From: Lingula anatina
Lineage: Eukaryota > Animalia > Brachiopoda
DNA length: 64,000 bases
Direction of reading: 5' to 3'
Assembly: GCA_051362555.1 (NCBI GenBank)
Contig: CM120640.1
Span: 17,546,001 to 17,610,000 of the forward strand
Position numbers and translations under genes: made by a program
The notes under the pieces: model-generated
Databases searched by the model: none
The model's input: only the letters and a program-made list of their open reading frames with translations
Told to the model about the DNA's origin: nothing
Shown: positions 39,731-51,483 of the stretch, one piece after another
How the letters are laid out: each line of letters opens with the position of its first letter
How positions within the stretch are numbered: position 1 is the first letter of the stretch

Positions 39731-41041
39731 CATAACCTCAACATTTGGTATGGTTTACAACAGTTAACTACCCTTCTATAAATTTAAGTTGTGTAGTTCC
39801 AAAACATCTTCATTTCAGTTTGTGTATTTTTTCCATGATAGAAATTGATTGTCAGTTCAGCTTCTCTTTCATGAGCAACCTCTAGCGTATTTCTGGCTGC
39901 TATTTCACATTCCTCACCTTTGACTAGGTTGTGATATTGTGTTAGATGTGACATTTATGTCTCTTCTCACATTCTTACTTCAGTGAGAACAATGGAAATC
40001 TATATTTTATAGTATACCACTTAAAATGTTGTTAAGGTGTACAAAGGGTACAGTCGTCAGTTGTGTTATCATGTACAAGTGTAAGTCACTTTAGTTAGAA
40101 ATTTTCATACAAAATGTAAAAAAAGGAAGACAGTTATGGTGCACATAAATATGAAAAATAAAATGATCAGTCAAGCTGGTTTTCAAAATAAAAGTGGTTT
40201 TCTGCAGGCTAGAAACCGCAGTATGGTACTGTATGTAAGTATGCTACTTTCTGTTACAGTTCCTAGTTGCTCTGATTTTACCAAATGTTGTTAGGTGCTG
40301 CAATTATTAAAGTTTTTGATAAGCTGGCAAAATTAATACTTTTTGCTGAAAATGAATAGGTATTAAGACATTATTGATTTTGTGGTAAACTTATGTTGCT
40401 GTTGCTGTGGTATGGAATCATTTCTATATCATGAGCAATCACTGTAAATTAAGAAAACTGTCGCAGAGTGTAAACTTACTTGATTGTGCAACTTTCAAGT
40501 AAAATACTGTTGCATTTTGTTTAATTATAAATCTATTTAATTATAGAAGTTGAAGACAAGTTACAGGTGTGCAGATCTGTTACAGTGTTGTTATTGTCAT
40601 ATTGTCATAGTGCACAGTATTTATATAAATATATATAACTTGATATGTTACTATGATTATTGCCCAAGATGTCTTGCATACAGACATGATGACAATAAAA
40701 AAGAAAATGTCACAAAAGACTGCTTGTTTTGGCCTTTTCATTTTTTGAAAATTATATACAAAGTACATTATTTCTCAGTTTTGTACTTGGATCAAAGTAC
40801 ATATAATTTCCTCACACTTGAGATTAACTTACATGCAAATAACCGAATCTTCATGTAGACCTTAATTTTTTCTTACACTTTTTGGCAAAAGTCAACATTT
40901 TTGTCTTGTGAATAATGCAATCTACATTCCGAGAGACACTTTTTAGAAATGCTTTTTTACTTCAGATATTATCCTCTGACAGAAGTAAATATTCTGAAAA
41001 TAAACATGGCATTGTTCAATTTACATGTACTTGATGCATTT

Positions 41042-42061
41042 TTACAAATGCCTGAGTTCTACATAGTCTTTCAGAAAGTTTGGCAGGGGAAGTTGTTCCA
41101 CTGCAGCATAAGTACTCTGTCCCCATCTTGCTCTGCCTAGCTGTTGTCTGATGACATGTCCACATAGCTCCATAAGCCGTCGAGGCTTTGAGGCATGCTC
41201 CAACAGCCACTGGTGGAACTCTGGATACATCACTAAATACATCTTTGGCAGAGATGCGATAATTCTGTGAACTGAGGGCAGAGCTGCACCAGCCATAATG
41301 AGTGGGGCCAGCACATCATTAAAGTTCCCTTTACTATTCCGCATAAACCCTATGGCACAACTTACTGGAGAGATATTGTTTCTACCTATATGATTTGGAT
41401 TGGCACCGTGTTGTAGGAGAACCTGAACTGCCTCCTTCTTGGCATATTTACATGCAAGACACAATGGTGTAGCACCTTCACATTGTTCTAAATCAACTAC
41501 AGCTCTGCTGCGCATTAAGAACTTCACAAAGTCTATGTTACCACGAATGACAGCCACATGGAGGGGCCCCAGCCCATGTATATCAGCGTAATTAATGGCA
41601 CACTGACCACTTTTTATTATGGTCCTCGCCATAGATATGTCACCATACAGGTCTGTTATATGCCAGAGAACAGAGCACCCCATGTCGTCACACAACTTTA
41701 AGTCTGCCCCTGCGGTTACAAGCACTTTAACAGTTTCAACATCATTGTTCACAACTGCCAAGTATAAAGAACTCTGTTTTAGATTTTTCCCTAAATGTTT
41801 TACAGTGGAAGGGAGGTAGGATCCTGGGTCTTGCGTGGACAGAACGTTCACATCACATTTTCTTTTGATTAGAAGTTTGATCACGTTGCTGTTTTTGCTT
41901 TTCACGGCAACATGCAGGAGTGTCAAACCAACATCCTGCGGTGGAATCCTCTTCGTGCAAAACGTGTGGTTCACGTCAAAACCAGCTTCAAGAAACTCAT
42001 CCAAAGTCTTGGCATTATCATTTTTCAGAGCGTTATAAATGTCTGGCTCGATATACTCCAT
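41042..42061 (-). CDS. Ankyrin repeat and SOCS box protein (ASB-like), single coding exon, 339 aa
   Basis: Uninterrupted ORF with about 6-7 ankyrin repeats (TLLHVAV, SSLYLAV, GPLHVAV, TPLCLAC). C-terminal SOCS box PRRLMELCGHVIRQQLG...VEQLPLPNFLKDYV. First ATG is at 42061; the ORF track starts at an upstream TTG. Confidence 0.93.
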   Translation of the reverse strand: MEYIEPDIYNALKNDNAKTLDEFLEAGFDVNHTFCTKRIPPQDVGLTLLHVAVKSKNSNVIKLLIKRKCDVNVLSTQDPGSYLPSTVKHLGKNLKQSSLYLAVVNNDVETVKVLVTAGADLKLCDDMGCSVLWHITDLYGDISMARTIIKSGQCAINYADIHGLGPLHVAVIRGNIDFVKFLMRSRAVVDLEQCEGATPLCLACKYAKKEAVQVLLQHGANPNHIGRNNISPVSCAIGFMRNSKGNFNDVLAPLIMAGAALPSVHRIIASLPKMYLVMYPEFHQWLLEHASKPRRLMELCGHVIRQQLGRARWGQSTYAAVEQLPLPNFLKDYVELRHL

Positions 42062-42432
42062 TTTCAAACCGTGTCATTCTTTTTTGCATGAAGTATATTC
42101 GAATAAAAGCAATTTTTGTCGAGTACAAGAAATAAAATCCCGCAGTTGGCAATGTAAACAAGGCACTTTAAAGAATTTATTTCCATAGATGGCGCTTACA
42201 TAAAAGACGATTTTGTAGAGGAAATTTATGTTGCATGAGAATGTTAGACACTTCTTATGATTATTTCCAAAACAAAGGACCTTTATGTAGATTTATAAAG
42301 ATTTTAATGTTATATCTAAAAGGAAAAGATGAAAAGAAGAAGATTTTATTCATGTCTTATCTTGACCCCGACTTCTCCTATAAACAGACAGGTGCCGCTG
42401 AAAAGACCGCGTGCAAATCAGTACTTTCAGCC
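42062..42432. promoter_or_regulatory. Putative bidirectional promoter shared by the ASB-like gene and APEX1
   Basis: Divergent ATGs only 371 bp apart, local CpG retention, and a YY1-like AGATGGCGC at 42187-42195. Confidence 0.6.
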
Positions 42433-42462
42433 ATGGGAAGAAAAAGAAAGGTTAGTGCTTGT

Positions 42463-42504
<42 letters not shown>

Positions 42505-45500
42505 TATTATTTTCCACAAAGTGCTTATGTTAGTTGTGAGTGCTACATTGATAATGTATAGTTGCGTGGCTGACTATCTCATCACAGACATCTCGACTCT
42601 GTCCAGACTTCCTCTGTCACTAAAGTTGAACAAAGAGAATGAGCTCTCTTCTTAATATACCTTTTAAGATACTTGATAATTTAATATTTGCAGCTTTCAT
42701 TTATCGATCATACTAATTACCGATATCACGTGAATAATCCGTTCTCGTGAACAACCCGTTCTGACGGATTATTCACTCGGGGGTTGCAAGCCTTGCCCAT
42801 TTTTTGGCCGTGCATGCTAATGATACCACCCTGGTATGCATCTGTGAGTTGAAACTCACCTCTTTGCGTGAATGGTCTTTCTTGGCATGATAATAGCTAA
42901 AAACGAGTTGCCCTAAAGAATCCACCAGCCTTGGGATATGGAGTTTTTTTCCATCTATTTCATTGCTAATGTAATTTAGAGATTCATATATAGTTATGAT
43001 TGGTCCATCCATGTCCCACTTAAGCTCTGCATACAACAGTGTCTTCATTGTAACAGACTGAGACTGATTGGTAGGGACTCATATTATTTATTATTATACC
43101 TGCAATAGGTTGGACAGCGTGGGTTGACAAATGTCTCTAAGAATAGCGAACAGAACAAATTACACAAACTAAAAAATAAATAAATAAATAAATAACATTC
43201 AAAGTGATCAAAACAAACTAAATAAATACTTATCTATGCTAGGCATTTGAAGGACTTTCTTTATATCTTTTATGGGAATCCATGCTTTGTCTTCTGTGGC
43301 AGGAACATAAAGATTCTTTTGCCAGAACCTTTTGTGTGTAAAAAGCTGACTTCCACTTTGCCATCTTCAGTCTCATGGGTGACCTGACCTAAGAATTGTT
43401 TTACTTCTTTCCTGGCAGCAAACTCTGCAATGACAAAATCTCCCTGGTGAAGCTGAGCTGTACCTTGAATGACATTGTCATTGTGTATGTATCTTTTTGG
43501 GCATGTATATTTTGGCCCTCCTCAGAGCTTTTCCATGGCTCTGTGCATTGGAGAATGGCATTTCTACAAGCAGAGAGGCAGTTGGCATAGAAGATGATGT
43601 GGGTATGGAAGCACAGGAGGGTGTGGATGGGCTATCTAACTAAGATCCAACCACCACGATATTCCTGTTCCATGGACGGATGCTTGTAAAGACGAACAGT
43701 GTTGGACAAATGTCCACTTTACTTCTTAATCGCCTTTTCCTTGAATCTGGCACTATACAATTGTGTGGAACAAGCAACTTTGCCACTATGGCCTGTAATT
43801 TTTCTAACATCTGTATTAATTCCAACTTCCAAAAACATTTTTGGAAGATAGTTAGAAAGCGTATTAATTCCAATACTTTGCGCACTGAATGCTATTGCAC
43901 CGTCCTTTCTCACAATCGGCCTTTAGAAGGGATATATGACAAGTATGTTTGAAATTTTTTAAATATACATCTGCTATTGTTGGCACTTTTGTAATGACGT
44001 GCGTTTTGGGGCTCTGCTTTACTACTTATGGACCCACTGACATTTTTTGATAAACGTCCTTTATATTCTATGAACCAACACCCGGGCTCCTCCCCAAAAG
44101 AAAATAATTCACACATTAAATGCTTCAACAAAAGTGCTTCAAGTCCTGAATTTGATTGTTTTTATAACAGATTATAGTTTGCACTTTGATGCTCTCATGT
44201 GTTATTTTCTTTACAAAATCACTCAGTAGGTAATTAAGATTTACAGCCAAGTTGAACCCACCACTGCTCACACCTTTACCTTTTTCCTTTGAATTTTGCA
44301 GTGTGTTCTGCGCCTGGTGCATATACGTGCAGGCTTGTCCTGCTCTCTTTCTGTAGCCATTGCAAATTATTTGCTCTTAAATGGCCTTTGGGTTCCCCAG
44401 GGCTGCAGGATTTTCAATTTTTTTCAAAAACATTTAGATGGGTTCTGATGTGCGGCCTTCTGGAATTTTTTGAGTTCCTACATGAGGACCTCCCAAGACA
44501 CTTACTGTATTAATGTATTCCACAGTGCCAACATACAGTCTTTCCTAGACCCATTACACTTTTTTTCTACCCTTGGTCTAAAGTCACCTTGTGTGACAGT
44601 CACTGATGACCTAGTCCGTATTATAGTTATGCGGAAATAATATAATAAATTATGTATTATTATTATAATGTACATATTATATATTATGTATTCTGGTAAT
44701 TGGTATGACCATTGGTTCATTGCCACTGAACAAAGGAAAAAGAAAAAAGTGAAAATGTGACTGTGAAGTAAATACTTCATTTCCTTCCTGTTGGTATTTC
44801 CTCTGATCTGGGGTTTTCACTTTGGAAAAGTTTGATGACCTTTGGCACATCCACGCTCGGCTGTCACCTTGATTGGATAGTAAACGATTGTCGTAAAATC
44901 GCTAAATGATATTAAAACCGGGTGCATAAACTTGAAAACCACCTAGGACAACCTTGGACTGCCACATTAATCTAATACAATGCAAAAATAAACTATAACA
45001 AGTGGTTAAAGCCTTCAAACTGAATGTCGTAAAGTCCCCATATACCTCCATAGAGACAATAAAATAGAGTAAGCTTGTGAAACAAGATTCCACAATTTTA
45101 AACATAATAATCAAAATAAAATACTGCCGGGCATCGGAGCGGCCTAAAACTTGGCACGCTTACCGCAAATACTGCAGGCTACATCATCCCGTCGCTCGTT
45201 TGTAAATTCCCTGCATGGCATACGCACAATCAAACCGTAAATCCAAATTCCACCTCTGATGCTTGAGTCGGTCCTCTCCACTATCCAAATCAGGAAATGA
45301 CGTAACCACAGAGGTCGCATTGTCCAATGGCATGGCTTCTTTTTCGTAATGGGAGGTTAGAGTGGACCGACTCAAGCATCAGAGATGGAATTTGGATTTA
45401 CGGTTTGATTGTGCAGTATGCGTGCCAAGTTTTAGGCTGCTCCGATGCCCGGCAGTATTTTATTTCGATTATTATGTTTAAAATTGTGGAATCTTGTTTC

Positions 45501-48500
45501 ACAAGCTTACTCTATTTTGTCTCTATGGAGGTATATGGGGACTTTACAACATTCGGTTTGAAGGCTTTAACCACTTGTTATAGTTTATTTTTGCATTGTA
45601 TTGGATTAATGTGGCAGTCCCAGGTTGTCCTAGGTGGTTTTCAAGTTTATGCACCCGGTTTTAATATCATTTAGCGATTTTACGACAATCGTTTACTATC
45701 CAATCAAGGTGACAGCCGAGCGTGGGCACATCCAAAAACTTTGTGCCGAGGAGTGGGCTCCACCTGGAGCAGTGTCACATCCTGTGTCAGTTGTTTCTGG
45801 TAAGGTCTCTTCATGAACATCTTCTGGGTCAGCCTCTGACTGTTGTGGTAAGATGGGTGGATTTGGGGAGACTTGATCCAAGAGTGAACCTGATGCGTTC
45901 AAATTCTGGTATGTTAGGTTGATGTTTCTTCTTGTGGTTACCTGATTTGGACAAGAACCACAAACTGGTCTGGTCTAAATTCACCTTGTGTGACAGGTAC
46001 TGATGAACTAGTCCATATTATAGTTATCTCTGGGTGGTGTTATGTTGGGACTCCTCTCCTATGTATGACTCTTATCAGTGGCGTTGATAAGAATTCTGGG
46101 TGAAGAGTTGGTGGAAAGGTAGAAAAGAGGGGTACAAAGTGAATTCAAGAGTTGCATCTTGTATTATTATTCTCACTGTATCTCTTCACCTAAATGTTCT
46201 ATCAGCACAGCACAAAAGATTTTTTTTTCTGATTTGAGCAGTGTCTCTGTTTTTTTTCTGCAACTCCTGATAGCTGTATCCATCTATAACAAAATTGAAA
46301 TGGTTTAGCACATTCACTATGTTAATGGTCTCCTCTGTGCCTCTAAAATAAGTAAATGAAATAGAAAAACATTAGAATTGATCTACTTCTAACATAATGT
46401 AAATTTTTAAAGTTACATGGGTTAACGTATCCTTTGGGATACGTTAACCCATGTAACGTATCCCAAAGGATACGTTAACCCATGTATCCTTTGGGAGTAC
46501 TTCCCCCCTCAGTGCACAATATGTATGAGTCCATTTTGTCTGATATTTTTTGTTAAACAATAAGGTCCCAGCCAAGGCATATCTTCTTTTCTTCCTTTGC
46601 GATCTTGTCGTCATGTACATGCATGTATGATATGAAACCAATGTATACATGTAAATCCTTTTCGTTTTCAAGTTTGATATCTGACTTTTCCTCCTCCATT
46701 TGGCTTATATATTTAGCAAGTTGGTATACCAAGTTGCTGTATTTCATTAGACGTTATAAGTCCTGTAAGAAAATTTTATACGCTCATTAAATTTTCAGAC
46801 AGTATGAGAGTACTCACCTGGAATATTTTATAGTTCAAAATGATGTCCGCCATAAGTACTAAACTGGCTAAGTTCAGACTTGGCTCTGTGTCAGCTTGGT
46901 GGGAACACTTGATGCATAATTACCAAAGAGGGAATCAGCACTTCATGAATGGTTCTCACATAGAACTGTTGTTAGCAAGCAGAAATAAGCAAACACATGA
47001 AAAGAAGATATGCCTTGTTAATAAGGTACTGATATGTTTTTAGAAATGCTGCTTGGGTTTCTGTGTTTTCCATTGAAATTCAGCATGGCACATTTACAGT
47101 ATGTTGTGATTACTAGTACTGACTTGCTTGACTAGGCTGATTTTTTTTCCTCCTTAATTGTTTTTTAGGAGGGTGACTCTTCAGAGGAGCCAAAAAAGAA
47201 ATCAAAAAAAGAGGAACCTGAGGTATTGTATTACATTTATGTTCATATACATTTACATTGTGTATGTCTGAAATTCTTTGTTGTTTCTCAACTGAGTAAA
47301 AAATTTGGAATTGCTGTTTGATCTGCTTTTTATCCCATGTATGATGTGTACGTGTTTGTGTTTCTCACAAAGGATCCTGTAAGACTGTATTTAGCTTGAT
47401 GGTAGAGGCAATAACTATTTGTAAATTATATGATTTGAATTGTTCACTTGATTTAGCAGTAATTTAGGAGATTAAGATCTTAAAAAAGAGATTCAATTTT
47501 TGAAGTGGTATAATAAGTGTAACATTGCATGTTAAAGCGTAACCCACTTGTGAAGCATGCACACCTGAAATTCAATGTTTTAGCTCATACAGTGGATATC
47601 AGAAACTGTAAATAGGATTGCTAATGCATGAATTTCATGCAAACCTGTTGAATATATGTTTTTTATGCTGAATCTGTTTTTAAATGAAATGTCTTGTAGG
47701 CCTCTGCACCTTCAACAGACTGGACAGCTAGTTCTGATGCTAAATCTAAAGATGGCCGCCCATGGAACATGAAGATTGTGTCTTGGAATATCAATGGCAT
47801 TCGTGCATGGATCAAGGTACTTAAATAATGTTAGCCTTTATTTTTCATATTGGATACCTAGTGCAGATTCTTATCAATAGGAAACTCAATAAGTACTTTA
47901 AAACATTTTGTAACTTTTTTCCAACATAATACTGTCTGCAAAATTATACTATTGCATTGTTAGTACTGGAAACTTAATGGAGTCAACACCTTCAAAAAGA
48001 ATGAGCGATGCAACAAAGTACCTTTGGATAATTTTCTCTAATTTAGAAAAATGGACACGAGTATGTCAGGAAGGAAAATCCAGATATAATTTGTTTCCAA
48101 GAAATCAAGTGTGCGGAGGACAAACTTCCTCCAGAGTGTAGCATTCCAGATTACTACCCCTACTGGCTGACAGCAGACAAAGAGGGCTATGCAGGCACTG
48201 GGATTCTGTCTAAAACCAAACCGCTCAGCATTAAATATGGCTTAGGTGGGACAGTGGTTTCTGATTTGAACATTTTTCACATTTAAGAAATTTTGTAACC
48301 CAGATTGATTACAAGAAGGAACTGAGGGCTGTCATGTTTTAAATGTTTTATTGAAATTGAATTATTGACTTTGAGCTTTTAAGCTTAGCTTTTATTTTTA
48401 TTTGTTCAATTTTAGGTTTAAAGTTTAAATGCTGAACTTTTAAATCATGCTGAATTGTTATTGCTAAAGACTCATAATAAGTACAGTATACAGAACATCT

Positions 48501-50197
48501 GTGATGGATTTATGATTTTTATAGAATATTTTGCAAAAATTGTTTGGAAGTGAACACTTGCATCTTCAGAATTTTCTTCTTGACAAGTTTTTAATGATTT
48601 TGTAAAGCATGTTATAAACTGGAAATTGTGTCTTACAGGAATTGAGGAACATGATAATGAAGGCCGCGCCATCACAGCAGAATATGAAAAGTTTTATCTA
48701 GTCACTTCATGTGAGTATGTTCTCAGTTTTTGGAACTCCAAACAAACAAAAAGATGGAAACTGGTAAATAAACTGTCAGTCAGCAACATAAACAACTAGC
48801 TTCATGTCAAATGCCAGTGAAATTGTAGGTGGGTCTGTAAATATTTTTTTAAATTATTCACTTTTTGTCACTTTCTCTGATTTGGGCCCATAGATTCTTA
48901 GAGCCTTTGACCTCCAATAGTCTGTGAGCTGAAGAGGCTTTGGCACTGACAATGATGTTGGTTTTGATAATTTTTGCATGTTAAGTTGGGAATAGGATAA
49001 GATTGTGCTATGAAATATTATTCAGTTTAGCAAAATCTACCTTGTTAATCCTTGATAACATTATTTTATGGTAAAAATCCACCTCTGTTTCAGATGTTCC
49101 TAACTCGGGGCGTGGCTTAGTACGTCTTAACTATAGAACCAAGGAGTGGGATGAAGCATTCAGAGAATATCTGTTGGGACTTGAGGAGAAGAAGCCAGTA
49201 ATACTTTGTGGAGATCTTAATGTGGCTCACAAAGCAATAGGTAAGTCTCTTATTGAATTTTTTCTTTTTTTATTAATGAAAGTTGTTGGCGTGGTAATAA
49301 ATGAATTGACATTTTTAAGACAAATTGAGCAAGTTTTTTTGTGAAAATAGTTATATAGAGATATAGATGTAGTTTTGTTATAGGATAATGTTACTGCAAT
49401 ATACTTTATATTTATGTATGGATATTTATATATATTTTGTCGTTTGCTGCACATTTCCAGATCTTGCTAATCCAAAGAGTAACTACAACAAGACTCCAGG
49501 CTACACTCAGGCTGAGATTGATGGACTGAGTAAGCTACTGGATAAGGGGTTTGTTGATTCTTTCCGGCACTTATATCCAGATGTAACTGGTGCTTATAGC
49601 TTCTGGACATACATGGGCAATGCTAGGTCAAAGAATGTGGGCTGGTGAGTGACAATTGGTGCCTGGATCACACTTTACATATTTAATGTCTCATTTATCT
49701 GACATGCACTGCCACACTGAGAAAATGATTGTACTTAGTATGTATGGATATCTCTTTGGTCTTTTTTATGATGTCACACTGAAAAATTGTTCAAACCTGC
49801 TACATTTTGCTATCACATATGTGCCACAGTATACAAATTTAAAACTCGCCAAAAAAAGATGTACCTCATCTCAGTCATTTAAATGAAGGTAGCTGGAATA
49901 ACATAAACTGTATAAATTGTGGTGTAGAATAGAATTATTAATATGTTCTCTTCTATGTTTCAAATGAACTTTTGATTTTATAAGTGAGAAAATCAATAGA
50001 GGCTCAAATTTGATTGTTTCAAAAACAATTTCTTAGAAAAAGGGGATATCCTGATCAGCAAATGTTCATGTATTTTCAGGCGACTGGACTACTTCCTGAT
50101 TTCCAAAAAGTTGCTCCCTAGTCTTTGTGACAGTTTGATTCGTAAGGAGGTGATGGGGAGTGACCACTGTCCCATAGCTCTACTTCTGGCCGTCTGA
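42433..50197 (+). CDS. APEX1: AP endonuclease 1 (ExoIII family), 302 aa. Exons: 42433-42450, 47169-47222, 47700-47816, 48047-48245, 48639-48710, 49094-49240, 49461-49644, 50080-50197
   Basis: Phase-consistent GT-AG exons sum to 909 nt. Motifs [67 protein letters not shown] and GSDHCP are present, with a basic N-terminus MGRKRK...PKKKSKK. The 18-nt first exon is inferred. Confidence 0.95.
43650..44131 (-). pseudogene. Decayed Crypton-type (DUF3504-like) tyrosine recombinase in APEX1 intron 1
   Basis: [13 protein letters not shown]...[15 protein letters not shown], then a frameshift into [45 protein letters not shown]...[18 protein letters not shown]. This gives the HxxR-like HSGK, the GH and the catalytic Tyr box, with an in-frame stop. 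Confidence 0.8.
44852..45724. mobile_element. 873-bp foldback DNA transposon with very long TIRs and an 8-bp TSD
   Basis: GGCACATC|CACGCTCGGCTGTCACC ... GGTGACAGCCGAGCGTG|GGCACATC. Arms at about 44852-45280 and 45359-45724 are near-identical inverted copies, apart from an extra 55-60 bp in the left arm. Confidence 0.93.
46412..46496. repeat. Nested perfect palindrome cluster
   Basis: 21-bp arms at 46412-46432 and 46437-46457, overlapping 33-bp arms at 46414-46446 and 46454-46486. Confidence 0.9.
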
Positions 50198-51078
50198 CCA
50201 ATGGAACAGGCTGCATAACAATCATCTCTGGGAACCATCCCTGACTGTGTTGCCCTGTGATAGTTTTACTTGGAGAGACCTTAAGAGAAGAGGCTGCGTG
50301 AAATGTCCTTGTTTCCAGAAACACCTCTCTCAGAAAAATGGCATGCATGGATTTTAAAGGAAGTTTCTTGCTTTCATAACAAATAATCTTCACATTTAAG
50401 GAATCAAGAAAGAAATGTGTTTTTATAACTCTACTTTCTGCAGATAGTTGTCCAAGAAAGTATTTGTTGAAACAAGAAAAGCATCATTACTTTCTTTTAA
50501 CAATTCTCAGCCTCGGTGTAGGCCTGCAATATTCAGATTGTATGAAAACTGACAAATCAAAAGATCGTGCATGGGGATGCAAAAATGAAAAATTATTTTT
50601 GAGGAGCAAGTCAAATGTAAAGCTGTACTGAGGTCTTGTACCTGTACCATTTGAATGTTTGTCTTGATTTGACAAGATTCATATTATACAGCAATTTTTA
50701 TGTACAGATACAGATGAGTCTGTACATCTAGCCATCACCATCATTAAAGTACACTTTCAGAGTTAACATGACGTGGAAAACCGTTTAAACTTTTGTCTAA
50801 TGGAACTGATGAATATTCATAAAATAGAGGTCGAGTTTAAAAAATCCACATGATTGGGCCACTTTTTCAATAATTATTTTTTTCCAGCATATATGCTCTA
50901 CTGACAACAAATGTCAAATAAAACTGATAGGCTTATTGTCTCTAAACTCACAGAAGTAATAAATCTGACTGAAAATCAGCTTGATTGAACCATTTTTCCA
51001 GAAGTTATGTTTTTTTTTCTTTTTTTTTTCTGCATATTTTATCCACTGTTATACAGATAACATAAAAACCATGTCATA

Positions 51079-51291
51079 GGGTGCATTCCAAGAGATTTAG
51101 ATCGATCCAGAGATTTAGATTTAGATCGACTTAACTCCCTGGGGGTTCACACTAAATCGCAGTCAGCTGAGCACGCACCATAGTTAATTACCCTCTTACA
51201 GCTTTTAGTAGACAGACGCTTAAGCCGGCTCAGCTGACAGTAATCTAGTGATACTCCCCACAGGGATAGATTGATCTATGGGAATGGGGTC
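51079..51291. mobile_element. Diverged relative of the 32916-33157 palindromic MITE
   Basis: The right end GATTGATCTATGGGAATGGGGTC matches the 32916 TIR, and the interior has a similar palindromic layout. Confidence 0.65.
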
Positions 51292-51441
51292 ATATTTTGC
51301 TTTCATACTTTGCAGGACCGATTCAAAGGACTAATATTAGAGTTGAGCTATTTCCCTGAAAACGCGGAATTCCGCATTTTTAATTCAATTCTTACAGTTC
51401 ATGAGATTTGTTAACAATAAGATCTGGGGAGATAAATTTTC

Positions 51442-51483
<42 letters not shown>

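Noticed and set aside
44902-45674. Near-identical ORFs on opposite strands ([14 protein letters not shown]...) suggesting a duplicated small gene
   Set aside because: They are simply the two arms of the foldback element.
46444-46790. Short charged ORFs in APEX1 intron 1
   Set aside because: They may be a transposon protein remnant, but I recognise no motif and they contain stops.
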